A DNA stretch of 64,000 nt from Malacoraja senta (lineage: Eukaryota), in assembly GCA_038087875.1 (NCBI GenBank), contig CM075990.1:496001-560000 (forward strand), read 5' to 3'. Made by a program: the position numbers and the translations under genes. The notes under the pieces were generated by a model. The model saw only the letters and a program-made list of their open reading frames with translations, had not been told where the DNA came from and made no database searches. Each line of letters opens with the position of its first letter. Position 1 is the first letter of the stretch. Below, piece after piece: positions 23,408 to 35,918 of this stretch.

Positions 23408-23615
23408 CCTATACTAGGGACAATTTACATTTATACCAAGTCAATGTACCTAGAAACCTATAGGTCTTTGCAGTGTGGGAGGAAACCGAAGATCTCGGGG
23501 AAAAACCCCCACACAGGCCACAGGGAGAATGTACAAATTCCATACAGATAGCACGTGAACCCGAGTCTCTGGCGCTGTAAGGCAGAAACTCTACCGCTGA
23601 GCCTCCGTGCCGCCC
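23408..23615 (-). mobile_element. HE1/V-SINE-like SINE, partial
   Basis: Same head and body motifs as the neighbouring copy. Confidence 0.8.
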
Positions 23616-23805
23616 ATTCCTTAATATCAGCTGTGGTATCTGAAGCTACATCCTCCAATTCCAGGATTAACGAATGAAGATTGATGAGTGTTGTATGAGA
23701 GGAGATTACAGAGATGAAAGGTGGAGGTTGTTAGGGTAAGGAGTTAATATGAAGGTATTTGACAACACGGAAAAGAACACACATGGAAAAGAATACATGA
23801 AAATT

Positions 23806-24438
23806 GCACACCAATGCCTCTACTTCCTTTGAAGGCTTAGAAAGTTTGGCATGCCCCCTACAACTCTCACCAACTTCTAAAGATGCACCATAGAAAGCAT
23901 TTTATCAGGATGCATCACAGCTTGGTTTGGGAACAGCTCCATCCAAGACCGCCAGAAATTGCAATAAATTGTGCGTGTGGCCCAAACCATCATACAAACC
24001 AACCTCCCTTCTATTGACTCCATTTATACCTCACGCTGCCTCAGCAAGACCAGCAGCATAATCAAGGACAAGTCACACCCTGGCTACTCCCTCTTCTCCC
24101 CTCTCCCATCGGGCAAAAGGTATAGAAGTGTGAATACGCACACCTCCAGATTCAGGGACTGTTTCTTCCCAGCTGTTATCAGGCAACTGAATCATCCTAC
24201 CACAACCAGAGAGCAGTGTTGAACTACTATCTACCTCTTTGGCGACCCTTGGACTGCCCTTGATCAGACTTTGCTGGCTTTACCTTGCGCTAAATGTTAT
24301 TCCCTTATCATGTATATATCCATTGTAAATGGATCGAATGTAATCATGTCTTGTCTTTCTGCTGACTGGTTAGCAGGCAACTAAAAGCTTTTCACTGTAC
24401 CTCGGTTGACGTGACAATAAACTAAACTGAAACTAAAC
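23806..24438 (+). mobile_element. Rex1/Babar-like LINE 3' fragment
   Basis: LPSIDSIYTSRC..SHPGYSLFSPLPSGKRYRS; GTGACAATAAACTAAAC tail. Confidence 0.85.
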
Positions 24439-26209
24439 AATTTTAAATCTGTGGCATTTTTTAAACTGGGAGATATGTAGTCAGCCCACACAGGAATTAT
24501 AAGTGAGATAGTTAAGGTTCTCTTCTCTGTTCAAGTTGAAAGTTAAATTCACACACTGCCCAAGTGAAAAAGTAATTTCTAACTCTGAACGTATTCCTCT
24601 GAAAAACTTGGCTGTAGTGCAGAAGGATCAATTTGTGCTGGAGGACTCTGCACAATGGTCTTATCAGCAACAGCAATCCCTGTTGATCCTGCAAATAAAT
24701 ATTTGATACATTGACAAAAATGTTCCACAGAGGTTGCATGAAGCAATATTATGATAGGATCATTTGTGAAGAGAAATATGTGTAATTGCTGGATTACTTC
24801 TCAGCAGTAACTCCAAATACGTACAGGTATGTAGGTTAATTGGCTTGGTAAATGTAAAAATTATCCCTAGTGTGTGTAGGATGGTGTTAATATGCGGGGT
24901 TCGTTGGTTTGGTGTTAAGTCAATGGAAAAGCAATAGGGAACAAGATGCTAATTTCCGAGTATGAAAATGTCCATAACTTTTTTAATACTGAAGATATGA
25001 AAGTGAATTAGATATCAAATTAAACTTCTTTTTATGCTTTATCTGATGGGATAAATTGCAGACTTGATTTTTTAAATCTCAAAATCTCAAAATGTTGTAA
25101 CGTTCCTACTTTGTGTGAAAAACTAACCTCTCAGGTTCCTATTAAATCTCTCTCCCCCCCCCCCACCCCCCTCAGCTAAAACCTATGTCCTCTGGTTCTC
25201 GATTCCCCTACTCTGGACAAGAGACTCTGTGCGTCAACCAGATCTATTCCTCTCATGACGTTTGTGCACTTCTTTGTTTCACCATGTCTTCACTGCTCAT
25301 ACCACATGTCTTCACTGCTCATACCACATCCAAGCATTGGACTTCCCAACTTCAAATCCTTCAAAACATTATGTTTTCACCAAGTTTTGGGCACATGTAG
25401 GTGAGAGCACCTCTGCAGATGGCCTACTTAGTACTGATAAAAATGCAAATTCTTGAAGTTCTCCTTTCATCATTATTCATAGGATGGACCACATAATGGT
25501 TGCCGAGGAAAGTGGTGAGGGAGGCATTCAAATAATTTGAACTAAGAGGGCAGCGTCATTGTAGAAATCTTAAGAGAAGCTTATGAGCAGTTTGGTATTC
25601 AATGGCATTGCAGACACCATTGTGTATAATTAGAAAACTGGCAAAGCAAACTTGTCTATTGATCCTTGGTCAAAGATTCTTGTTCAAAGAGAGTGAGCGG
25701 ATGAGAGGAAGAGCAACATGGGAGATCTAAAACACTGCTGTTCACATGAACCAAGGTTAGTTTCAGCAGTGAGTGAGAATCTGAGAGGCGGAGCAGCACG
25801 GGAGATTTCAAAAGCATCCGTTGAGTCTGTTTGAAACTATTCCGACCAGTGTATAAAAGGAAGGCTAGCACTGGCAGAGTGGCTAACTGAGAGCGGCTGT
25901 GTTGGGAGGAGGTGTGTTGAGGTGAAGGGGCCGTGTTTGAGGATAAATATGGAGTCTTTAACATGAGGCTTTGGCAAGGAAGCTGGGCGATGGCAGAATA
26001 AGGTAAGGCCAGTTTTATTTCCCTTTTGCAAGTTTTGCTTGGTCTTAATCCAGTTCGGAAGTTAGGGAAGGCAGGGAAACTTCCAATATCCCTAACTACA
26101 CCGGCGAGAATTGTGTCCAGTTGCTGCTCCTGACCGACTGAGTCACGGAACTGGAGCTCTGGGTTGATGAACTTAAGACCATCTGGGAGAATGAGAGAGG
26201 AGTCATAGA

Positions 26210-26515
26210 TAGTTTAGTTTAGTTTAGAGATACAGTGCGGAACCAGCCCCTTTGGCCCACCAGTCCGCACCGACCAGCAATCCCCACACTATCCTACACA
26301 TACTACGGAATATTTACATTTATACCAAGCCAATTAACCTACAATCCTGTATGTCTTTGGAGTGTGGGAGGAAACTGACGTTCTCAGAGGAAACCAACGC
26401 AGGTCACGGGGGGAACGTACAAACTCCGTACAGACAAACACCCGTAGTGGTGATCGAACCCTAATCTCTGGTGCTGTAAGGCAGTGGCTCTACTGCTATG
26501 CCACAGTGCCGTGCC
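26210..26515 (-). mobile_element. HE1/V-SINE-like SINE
   Basis: (TTTAG)n tail, body and tRNA-like head. Confidence 0.85.
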
Positions 26516-27380
26516 TGAGGAAACTTCTCTGAACCCACTTGACTAATTCCATCCCATCTAAGCCCGTGGCACAATGCCAGTCGCAGTATGCACTGGGAAA
26601 GTGAAAATCCCCAACTATGACCACCATATTGGTCTTACAGCTGTCTGCAATTTCTCCTGGCATATTTGTTCTCCTAATGCCCATTGACTCGTTGGGGGAC
26701 TAAAGTACCATCTCAACATGGTGATTACTGTAACTGTCTGAGATTTTTTATTTCTCAGCTCCACCCATATAACCTCATTGGACAATCCTTCATTTTACTA
26801 TCATCTCAGACTATTGCCATGATGTTCTCCTTAGTCAGTACAGCAACTCTCCTTCCACTTTTACCTCTGGCTCTATCACACCTGAAGCACCTGTATCCTG
26901 GATCATTAAGCTGCCAGTCCTGTCCCTCCCTCAGCCAGATTTCTATAATGGCTATAATGTCCCAGTCGCCTGTATCTATCCATGCCATCCATGCCATCTA
27001 TCCAAGTCCATCCCCCCCATGCCAGGTCCTCCTTTGTTCCTTCCCCCGGCAGCGACATCCTTACTTCATGTGTCCGTCCTCGTCTGTCGATCATCGGCTG
27101 CTGCAACGACCTCTCCACTATCGCAGTCGGGTCCTCTCCGGACACCTCCGTGGCGCCAGCCCAGGTCCCAGCCGTGGGTGCCATCGGCTCGCAGAGTGCA
27201 GGCTCTGACCTCGCCTGTGTGCTCCACCAACCCAGGCTCTCACCAAACCCCAATATTATCCAAAAGGTTATACTTGTTTAGGAGGGGAATGATCACAGGG
27301 GGTTCCAGCACTCTCTGCCTACTTCCTTCCTGATGGTCTCTCATCTACTCTCTGCCTACACATTAGGTGTTTACATCTCA
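26516..27380 (-). mobile_element. Degenerate CR1 endonuclease/ORF1 fragments with an unrelated internal insert (~26990-27260)
   Basis: Minus translations WDIIAIIEIWL..GYRCFRCDR and VIVGDF. Confidence 0.65.
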
Positions 27381-27394
27381 CTAGAACCCTCCCT

Positions 27395-30045
27395 AGAGGC
27401 GGCAGGAGTGAGTTTGGTGATTGGCTGAAAGGTAAACTCTTGGGAGTTTCTTTGTGTTCCCTCTGAGGAGCGGTTAGTTTAAAACCGGGCGCGACCAGCT
27501 TAGACTACATTCCTTCAAGTTCGGGAGCGGTAGGAGTGAGTTCGGTGATTGGCTGAGGAATTCAATTCGCAAAATGTATTAATTGGTTAAGTGGCAAATT
27601 GGAAAGGTTTGCTGTCAGGGAGCGACCAGTCGGGGAGCGCCTTGTCGAGGGAAGTACCTTGTGAGAAAAGTACGAGCCTTTGGCTCGAGAGTCTTCGGCG
27701 AGGAGGCAGAGGAGAGGGGACTGCGCAAAAAGCTGGAGAGGACGGGACGTGGTGAACACATGATGGGTAAGATGAGTCAGTGTAATGCTTGCAGGAGGTG
27801 GGAGGCCAGGGACACCGATGGAGCCTCTGGCTGCTACAACTGTGGTAAGTGGGTCCAGGTTCAGCTCCTGAAGGACCATGTTGGGGCACTGGAGAAGCAG
27901 CTGGATGACCTCAGGGCCATCCAGGATAACGAGTGTTTCCTGGACAGGACCTACAGTGAGGTAGTCACGCCGAGGATACGGGAAGAACCAAGATGTGTGA
28001 CGGAGAGAAAGGGTGAAAATCGTGGAGTGCAGAAGACGCAGGTGGCTGTGCCTAATGAAAACAGGTACGCCCTCTTGGGAACTGTCCGGGGAGACGATGT
28101 TTCCAGACTGAGCGGCGGACAGGTCGGTGGCTCCAATCCTAGGGATGAGACTCGACCGGCGAGACCGACGTCGGGCAGAGCCATAGTGGTGGGTGACTCC
28201 ATTGTCCGAGGTGCAGGCTGGAGATTCTGTGGCGGCAGGCGAGACTCGAGGATAGTCTGTTGCCTCCCTGGTGCCAGGGTTCAAGATATCACAAACCAAA
28301 TTCAGAACATCCTCGAGAGGGAAGGTGAACAGCCGGCAGTAGTTGTGCACGTAGGCACATATGACATCGGGAAGAAGAGGAAGAAGATTCTGCAAAGCGA
28401 ATTTAGAGTTAGGAAGAAGACTGAAAAGCAGGACTTCTAGGATTGCTTCCTGTACCTCGTGCTGGTGAGGACAGGAACAGGGAGATAGGGGATCTGAATG
28501 TGTGGCTGAGGGGCTGGTGCAGGGAGCAAGCATTTAGATTTATAGACCACTGGGATCTCTTCTGGGGTAGGGGTGACCTGTACAAAAGGGACGGGTTACA
28601 CCTTAACTGGAGGGGGACCAACATTCTGGCAGGCAGGTTTGCTTGGGCTACACGTGTGGGTTTAAACTAAATAGAGGGGGGAGGAATTGACAAATTGGGA
28701 GTATAAAGATGGAGTTAAAGGGGAAGTGAGTACAGGAAAAGTTACAAAAGACTCCCGAATTAATGGGAAGGAAAGTTCGAGAAGGGATAAGAGAGTAAGG
28801 TCAGGGCCAATTGAGAGCGGTGTGAGAGGGGAGGTGAATACCAAAGTCAATGTGTTGTTATATGAATGCGCGAAGTATAAGAAATAAAGTGGACGAGCTT
28901 GAGGCTCCGTTAGAAATTGGCAAGTATGATGTTGTGGAAATTACAAAGGCATGACTGCAAGAGGGCCAGGGCTTGGAACTGAATATTCAAGGGTATACAT
29001 CCTATCGAAAAGACAGACAAGTGGGCAGAGGGGGTGGGGTAGCTCTGTTGGTGAGGAATGAAATTCAGTCCCTTGCAAGGGGTGATATTGAAACAGAAGA
29101 TGTGGAGTCAGTATGGATAGAACTAAGGAATTGTAAGGGTAAAAATAACCTAAAGGGACTTATCTACAGGCCCCCAAACAGTAGCCTAGACATAGGGTGC
29201 AAGTTGAATCAAGAGTTAAAATTGGCATGTCGTAAAAGTAACGCTACAGTTGTTATGGGAGATTTCAACATGCAGGTAGACGGGAAATCAGATTGGTACT
29301 GGACCCCAAGAAAGGGAGTTTATGGAGTGCCTCCGTGATGGAATCTTCGAGCAGCTTGTATTGGAGCATACCAGGGAGAAGGCAATTCTGGATGTAGTGT
29401 TGTGTAATGAACCAGATTTCATAAGGCAACTTGAGGTTAAGAGGCTATTAGGACGTAGTGACCATAATATGGTAAGTTTTAATCTACAATTGGAGAGGGA
29501 GAAGGGAAAATCGGAGGTGTCAGTGTTACAGTTGAACAAAGGGGACTATGGAGCCATGAGGGAGGAGCTGGCCAATGTTGACTGGAAAGATACCCTAGCA
29601 GGGATGACAGTGGAACAACAATGGGAGGTATTTCTGGGAATTATACAGAAGGTGCAGGATCAGTTTATTCCAAAGAGGAAGAAAGATTCCAAGGGGAGTA
29701 CGGGGCGACTGTGGCTGACAAGGGAAATCAGGGACAGTATAAAATAAAAGAGAAGAAGTACAACGTAGCAAAGATGGGCGGGAAGCAAGAGGATTGGGTA
29801 ATGTTTAAAGAGCAATAGAAGATAACTAAAAAGGCAATACGGGGAGAAAAGATGAGGTATGAAGGTAAGCTAGCCAAGAATATAAAGGAGGATAGTAAAA
29901 GGTTCTTTAGGTATGTGAAGAGGACAAAATTAGTTAAGACCAAAGTTGGACCCTTGAAGACTGAAAAAGGTGACTTTATTATGGGGAGCAAGGAAATGGC
30001 AGATGAGTTGAACAGGTACTTTGGATCTGTTTTCACTAAGTAGGA
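27395..30045 (+). mobile_element. CR1 LINE 5' portion: 5' UTR, ORF1 and APE endonuclease; 3'-truncated
   Basis: Repeated GGAGTGAGTT.GGTGATTGGCTGA in the UTR; ORF2 motifs YRKDR, GGGVAL, IYRPP, MGDFN and SDHN. Confidence 0.9.
27760..28670 (+). pseudogene. CR1 ORF1p: zinc finger, coiled coil and SGNH esterase-like domain
   Basis: CNAC..YNCGKW, VVGDSIVRG, CLPGARVQD, VHVGTYD and DGLHLN; frameshift or deletion near 28405-28445. Confidence 0.85.
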
Positions 30046-30309
30046 CACAAGTACATGGGGAATCTTGGTCGGCAAGGGGAAGTTGGCCATAAGTTCCTAA
30101 TTCTATGCTGTATGACACTATCACAGTCCCAACAGGTCAGGTAGCAGCTGAAGAGAGATGAGCTTGCTGCTGCAAGTTAATATTTAATGCAATTTTTTGC
30201 TGTATTTTCGAGTTCCCAGTAACCACAGTAGTTTATTTCCAGGCTGATTCAACATTTGATCTTGCACCAGGAGTGGTGAATGCATTACGTACAGTTAAAA
30301 ACATGTTCT

Positions 30310-30450
30310 GGAGGCACACTGGACTGCAGATCCTGAAATCTGGAGCAAAAGGCAAACTACAGGAGGAACTCAATGGGCCAGGCAACAGCTGTGGAGTCAG
30401 AAGGATTGTCCATGTTTCGGGCTGAGACCCTGCATCAGGACTGAGAGTGT
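30310..30450 (-). mobile_element. Second Penelope-like terminal repeat family with hammerhead-like motif
   Basis: Minus strand GTCCTGATGCAGGGTCTCAGCCCGAAACATGGAC; a related plus copy lies at 30597-30621. Confidence 0.6.
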
Positions 30451-31274
30451 GGAACTAAGATAGGTAGTATATTCATTCTCCCACCTGTTTCCATCTGCCC
30501 ACCATCCCTGATTCCACATATCACCATCCAGCCTCTGTCTCACACCTTTCCATCTCACCTTTATCGACCAGATATCCTCACTCTGCACTCTCAGACCTGA
30601 TGCAGGATCTTGACAAGAAACTCTCTGAATAAAGAAAATTCTCCTCATCTCCTTCCTAAAAGAATGTCCTTTAATTCTGAGGTTATGACCTTTAGTCCTA
30701 GACTCTCCCTTCTACTGTCTCTTTGCCTCATATCAGCTTTTGTGAGGAGTTTGGTCTCCTCTTCTTGTAGAGGAAGAAGGCAGACAAAAGGAGTTTGGGC
30801 CTTGCCTTGAAGGTTCCTTCAGAATACTGAAGGGGTAATAGAAGAGAAGCTCTGAATATTAGTGGCATCCCGCTCGGGAGAATTCCGCCAGGACACTCCC
30901 AGTGAGCAGGTCCGTGAGACCCTCCATGGTTGGTCAGGCTCCAAAGGGATATGAGCAAATCAGGCCATTCGGCCTATCAAATCTACCCCCCCCCCATTCA
31001 ATCATGGCTGCTCCATCTCTCCCTCCCAACCCCATTCTCCTGCCTTCTCCCCTTAACCCCTGACACCTGAACTAATCGAGAATCTATATATCTCTGCCTT
31101 ATAAAAAAATATCCATTGACTTGGCCTCCACAGCCTTCTGTGGTGATGAATTCCACAGATTGACCATGAAGGGGTAGGACTGGCCCCTTGGACCTGCGGA
31201 GAGGCGGATACGGAGCGATTGGTCGAAGGCCCGGTGGTCGGGTTGGTGCACGAAGGTTGAGTTGGTCCGAGGAT

Positions 31275-32110
31275 GAGATACAAGATACAAGATACATTTA
31301 TTTATTTGTCACATGTACCAATTGGTACAGTGAAATGTGTGGTCGCCATACAGCCATACGAATAATAAAGATCACAGAATATGATAGTCTTAACACAGAC
31401 ATCCCCACACAGTGGGATCAAAGTTTCCCACTGTGAGGGAAGGCTCCAAAATTCAGTCATCCTCCTCTGTTGTTCTCCCGTGGTCGGGGGGCTCCCGAAC
31501 CCCCTATTGTCATCGCTACGAGCGGCCCAATGTTCAGGCCCGCGCGCCGGGGTGATGGAAGTCCAACATCGGCACTGGAGGACATCCTCAGCGGCTTGGA
31601 CATCTGAATCGGCCACCTCCTACCGGAGTCCGCAGCTCCCAAAGTCCACAGGCCGTGCTGGGCGGAGATTCAACGCTGGCGGTCCTCGGCAAAGGGCCCC
31701 GGGACTCCGCGATGTTGAAGTCAGCTCTATGAACCACAGCTCCGATGTTGAAGCAGCAGGTCCAACACTCCGGAGCTTCAACGGCGATCCAGGTAAGCAA
31801 TCGCCCGCTCTGCGATGTATCCAGCGCTTCGCCGCCGCTGCTGAAGCTCTGTCCTGGGTCCCCAGCAGGAAAGGCCATTCCAATCCAGGTCGCGAGGAGG
31901 GGGGCCAGGGCGCGACTCGGAGAATAGTCGCGTCCTCACCAGAAAGTGACTGGGAAACGGTTTCTCCCTTACCCTACCCCCCTCCCCCACATAGAAAAGC
32001 GAAATAAATCTCCAAAACAAACCTTTAAAAAATGACTAATTTTTTTTTTAAAGGCAGAAAAACAGACTGTAGGCAGAGGCTGCCATCAATGCGGCGCTCC
32101 TAGTGGCCTA
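31275..32110 (-). mobile_element. GC-rich non-autonomous retroposon
   Basis: No LINE ORF. 3' end ATTTCACTGTACC..GGTACATGTGACAAATAAA plus (ATCTTGT)n tail; layout like 41022-41797. Confidence 0.7.
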
Positions 32111-33235
32111 GTCGAAGCCTCAAGGCCAGGTCAGGCCAAGGTCGGAGCCTCGAGGACGAGGTTGAGCCGAGATGGACGAGCCACGTCCACGAGAACACAG
32201 TGGATCCTGGTCTGGAGGATGAAGAAGGGACGAGTACTCTTTGTAACCTTGTCTGCCTCTTTGTGGTGACTCTTTTGTGTACTTTGTACGCAAAAACTAC
32301 AAGATAGACGGAAAAAGCTGGAGCAACTCGGCGGGTCAGACAACATCTCTGGAGAAAAGGAATAGGTGACGTTTCGGCTCCAGATGGTTCTTCAATGTAT
32401 TTTGAGTCTAACTAATGATCCTAAAGATATGAACATATAAACAATAGGAGCACATGGTAACAGAATGGAATGCAAAGGAATACCTTATTGTCAAATGTGC
32501 TGAGTCACAGTGAAATTCTTTGCTTGCAAACCCAAAGTATGCAAATAGTCGCCACATATGACGCTGACAAAGATACAAAGTACCCCCCACCGGCTCCTCC
32601 TTTTTTCCACCCGCTCTGGGTACTCCATTGTTCTCCCCCCTCATGGTGGTTCCCCCGCACCCTCAGGTTGACCCGCGAGGCTCCATCAGACACGAGACCC
32701 CACCACAGCCGCCGAGGCCCCACCGCCACAAGGCTCAATTGGTCTAGGCAGGCTTCACAGCCCGGCCTCTCCACAGCCTCCTGGGAGGCGTGTGGGGGCG
32801 AGCCGACATTTCTGAAAGTTGCGGTGGCCAAGTCAATGGACGTTTTTTAAGGCAGAGATGCACTGTGGATAGGTTCTTGATTAGTAGGGGTGTCAGGGGT
32901 TATGGGGAGGAGGCAGGAGAATGGGGTTAGGAGGGAGCGATAGATCAGCCATGATTGAAATGACCCTATGAATGTTGAAACAGTTTTGCTGTAGTAATTC
33001 CACCACCAGACAAAATAATTCACATGGATGGTCGAGAAACATCTGAGGACACGCACTTAAAATCAGTAGGAACATGTAGGAAGGAACTGCAGAGGCTGGT
33101 TTAAACCCAAGATAGACACAAAATTCTGGAGTAACTCAGCGGGACAAAATAAGTTGTGTGGGTTGACTCCCTGAGTACACAAATATCAAAATCATTGATA
33201 GAACAACAAATACTGTATGCTTATGACAGTGTATG

Positions 33236-33603
33236 ATAATAATAATAATAATGGATGGGATTTATATAGCGCCTTTCTAATACTCAAGGCGCTTTACATC
33301 GCATTATTCATTCACTCCTCAGTCACACTCGGTGGTGGTGAGCTACTTCTGTAGCCACAGCTGCCCTGGGGCAGACTGACGGAAGCGTGGCTGCTAATCT
33401 GCGCCTACGGCCCCTCCGACCACCACCAATCACTCACACACATTCACACACACTCACACACATTCACACACATTCACACGCAGGCAAAGGTGGGTGAAGT
33501 GTCTTGCCCAAGGACACAACGACAGTATGCACTCCGCGGGATTCGAACCGGCTACCTTCCGGTTGCCAGCCGAACACTTAGCCCATTGCGCCATTTGTCG
33601 TCC
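33236..33603 (-). mobile_element. tRNA-derived CORE-type SINE with L2-like tail
   Basis: A box TGGCGCAATGG, B box GGTTCGAATCC, GTGTCCTTGGGCAAGACACTT, 3' TGTAAAGCGCCTTGAG..GAAAGGCGCTATATAAA and (ATT)n. Confidence 0.8.
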
Positions 33604-33954
33604 CGAATGATGTGCTAATTGACAAAATAAATCTAGTCTGGAAGCTTCCTTGATCATATTGGTGGAAAATAACTTTGCTGCAGTTGTCGGCTAGCTTGTT
33701 TTATGGCCAATTGTCTTATTTTAAGGCCAATTGTCAATTGTCAATATGTCCCATTGTCTTATGTTTGGCTGATGCTGATGAGAATGGCTCATGGCCATGT
33801 TATTTTACAAAACATATCACTCAAATGACCTTGTGCAGTGGGCCAGGAGACTGCACTCTGTACACAACACTGTTTGTTTGCAAAGCTGTCCTTTTAATTT
33901 CAAACTGATTGCTGATTGTACTTTACATTTGAGCAGGTTAAGAAAATTGATTCT

Positions 33955-34635
33955 ATAGAGTCACAGATTCATACAGCATGGAAACTGGCCCTTCGGCCCA
34001 ACGTGCTCATGCCGACCAACATGCCGCAAAACTGATCATAATACTCTAACTGTGGTCTCACCTGTGCCTTGTACAGCTGTATCATAACATCCCGACCTCT
34101 ATACTCAAAACCCTGACAAATGAAAGCCAATGAGTTGAAAGCTTTCTTGACCACCTTATCTACCTGTGACACCACTTTCAAGAAACTATGTTCCTGTACT
34201 CCGAGATCATCTGTTCTACAACATTTCCCAGAGCCTTGCCATAAACTGAAGGTCCTGCCCTAGTTAGACAATCCAACATTCAACACCTCACATTTATCTG
34301 CTTAGTTCACTTGCCCAACTGATCAAGATCCTGCTGCGACCTTTTCATAACCATTTTCACTATTTACAATACCATGCACTTTAGTGTTATCTGCTAACTT
34401 CCTAATCATGCCTTGCATGTCCTTATCCAAAACTTTGATATAAATCACAAACGCCAATGGGCTCAGCACCGATCCTTGAGACACACCACTAGTCACAGGT
34501 CTCCAGTCTGATAAACAACCCTCTACCATCACCCTCTGCATCTTTCCATGAACCTAATTCTCTATCTTGTCAACCATCTCTCCTTGATCCCATGTGATCT
34601 AACCTTCCAGAGCAGCCTACCATGTGGAACCTTGA
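33955..34635 (-). mobile_element. CR1 LINE RT/3' fragment
   Basis: WRPVTSGVSQGSVL and LYKAQVRPQLEY. Confidence 0.8.
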
Positions 34636-34934
34636 AGTCATTGATATTAGAATGCTTTGTTTTCGTTCCAACCCAAAATGAAACTGATTTTTCTCAAACT
34701 TGTGTTTTATTATGACGTAGACCCAACATTTATTTAATTGTTGTTGCTGAATGATCAACAAATCCCCAAGACCATCCCTCGACTGCACGATTGATTTTCA
34801 TAAGTTCTAGGAGAAGAATGAGGCCATTCAATCCATCAAGTCTACTCCACCAATTCATTATGGCTGATCTATCTTTCCCTCTGTTCCCCTTTCTCCTGCC
34901 TTCGCCATATAACCTTTGACACCCACACATCGGG

Positions 34935-35918
34935 GGAGGAGTCATCTTGGGGAACGGCTGCTAATCAGCAGCCGTCCGTTTAATTCACTTTTTTTTTGTA
35001 GTTCTAGTGAGTCCTGTGTTCTGTTTGTGGGAGAAATAGACTTTTTAATGTAGGGGGAAGGGGGTAACTATATTTCTAGGTCCCTACCTGGTCGGTGAGG
35101 CAGCTTTTTCTCCGGGCTGCCCCGTCGACCCGTCCTCGTGGCCTACCAGCGGGCGTGGAGCGGCGTTTCCTGGCGGGGACCGCCCAGTACCTCGGCTTCG
35201 GTGGCAGCATAGCGCTGGAGCGCTATCGCGGAGCGGAGCGGGCGATGCCTTGCCTGGGTCGCCGCGCTGGATCGACGCGCTGGAGCTCCGGTGAGCTGTG
35301 ACCGCCGAGCTCAACACCTCCGGGCTTCGGGGCTGCGGAGCGGAGCGGGCGGCGCCGACTTCAACATCGGGAGCCTTGGAGCTCCAAACCGGCGCGGCCT
35401 TGTCGGCTTCGGAAGCCGCGGACTCCAGTAAGGAAGCGGCCGTTCCAGGTGGCCCAGCCGCTGAGAGGACTCTCCCGACGCCGGGGCAACAGCACCCGGC
35501 GAGAACGGCCAGGAACATCGGGCCTCCGTAGAGGCAATAGCGGAGGCCTCAATAGGCCTGATTTTGGGAGAACTGGGGATGGGGCTGGACATTGTGCCTT
35601 CCCCCACAGTGGTAACCATCCAGTGGGGCGATGATTTTTGTGTGTTAGTGATTATTTTAGTCTGTGTCCAAGATGGCTGCCGGAAGGGAGAGTGTACGCT
35701 GGCGCGGTTTAGCTGCCGCTGCCGCTGCTCTCTCTCTTCACATTGTGTTTCTGATTTTTTTTGTTTTTGGATCGAATTCTGTCTTTAATTTGTGTATTGG
35801 TGATGTCTTTACTATTTATTTTACTCCGATTATATGTTTTTTTACTTGTTAAATTCTGTAAGGTGTCCTTGAGACTCTTGAAAGGCGCCCATAAATAAAA
35901 TTTATTATTATTATTATT
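34935..35918 (+). mobile_element. GC-rich non-autonomous retroposon with L2-like tail, inserted in a CR1 3' end (34795-36190, minus)
   Basis: Body homologous to 41022-41797. 3' end TGTAAGGTGTCCTTGAG..GAAAGGCGCCCATAAATAAA plus (ATT)n. Confidence 0.7.

Noticed and set aside
24925..25112. Possible Kolobok-like DNA transposon end
   Set aside because: Only one putative end and no matching TIR or TSD in the window.
27562..28533. 323-aa minus-strand ORF
   Set aside because: Antisense shadow of CR1 ORF1.
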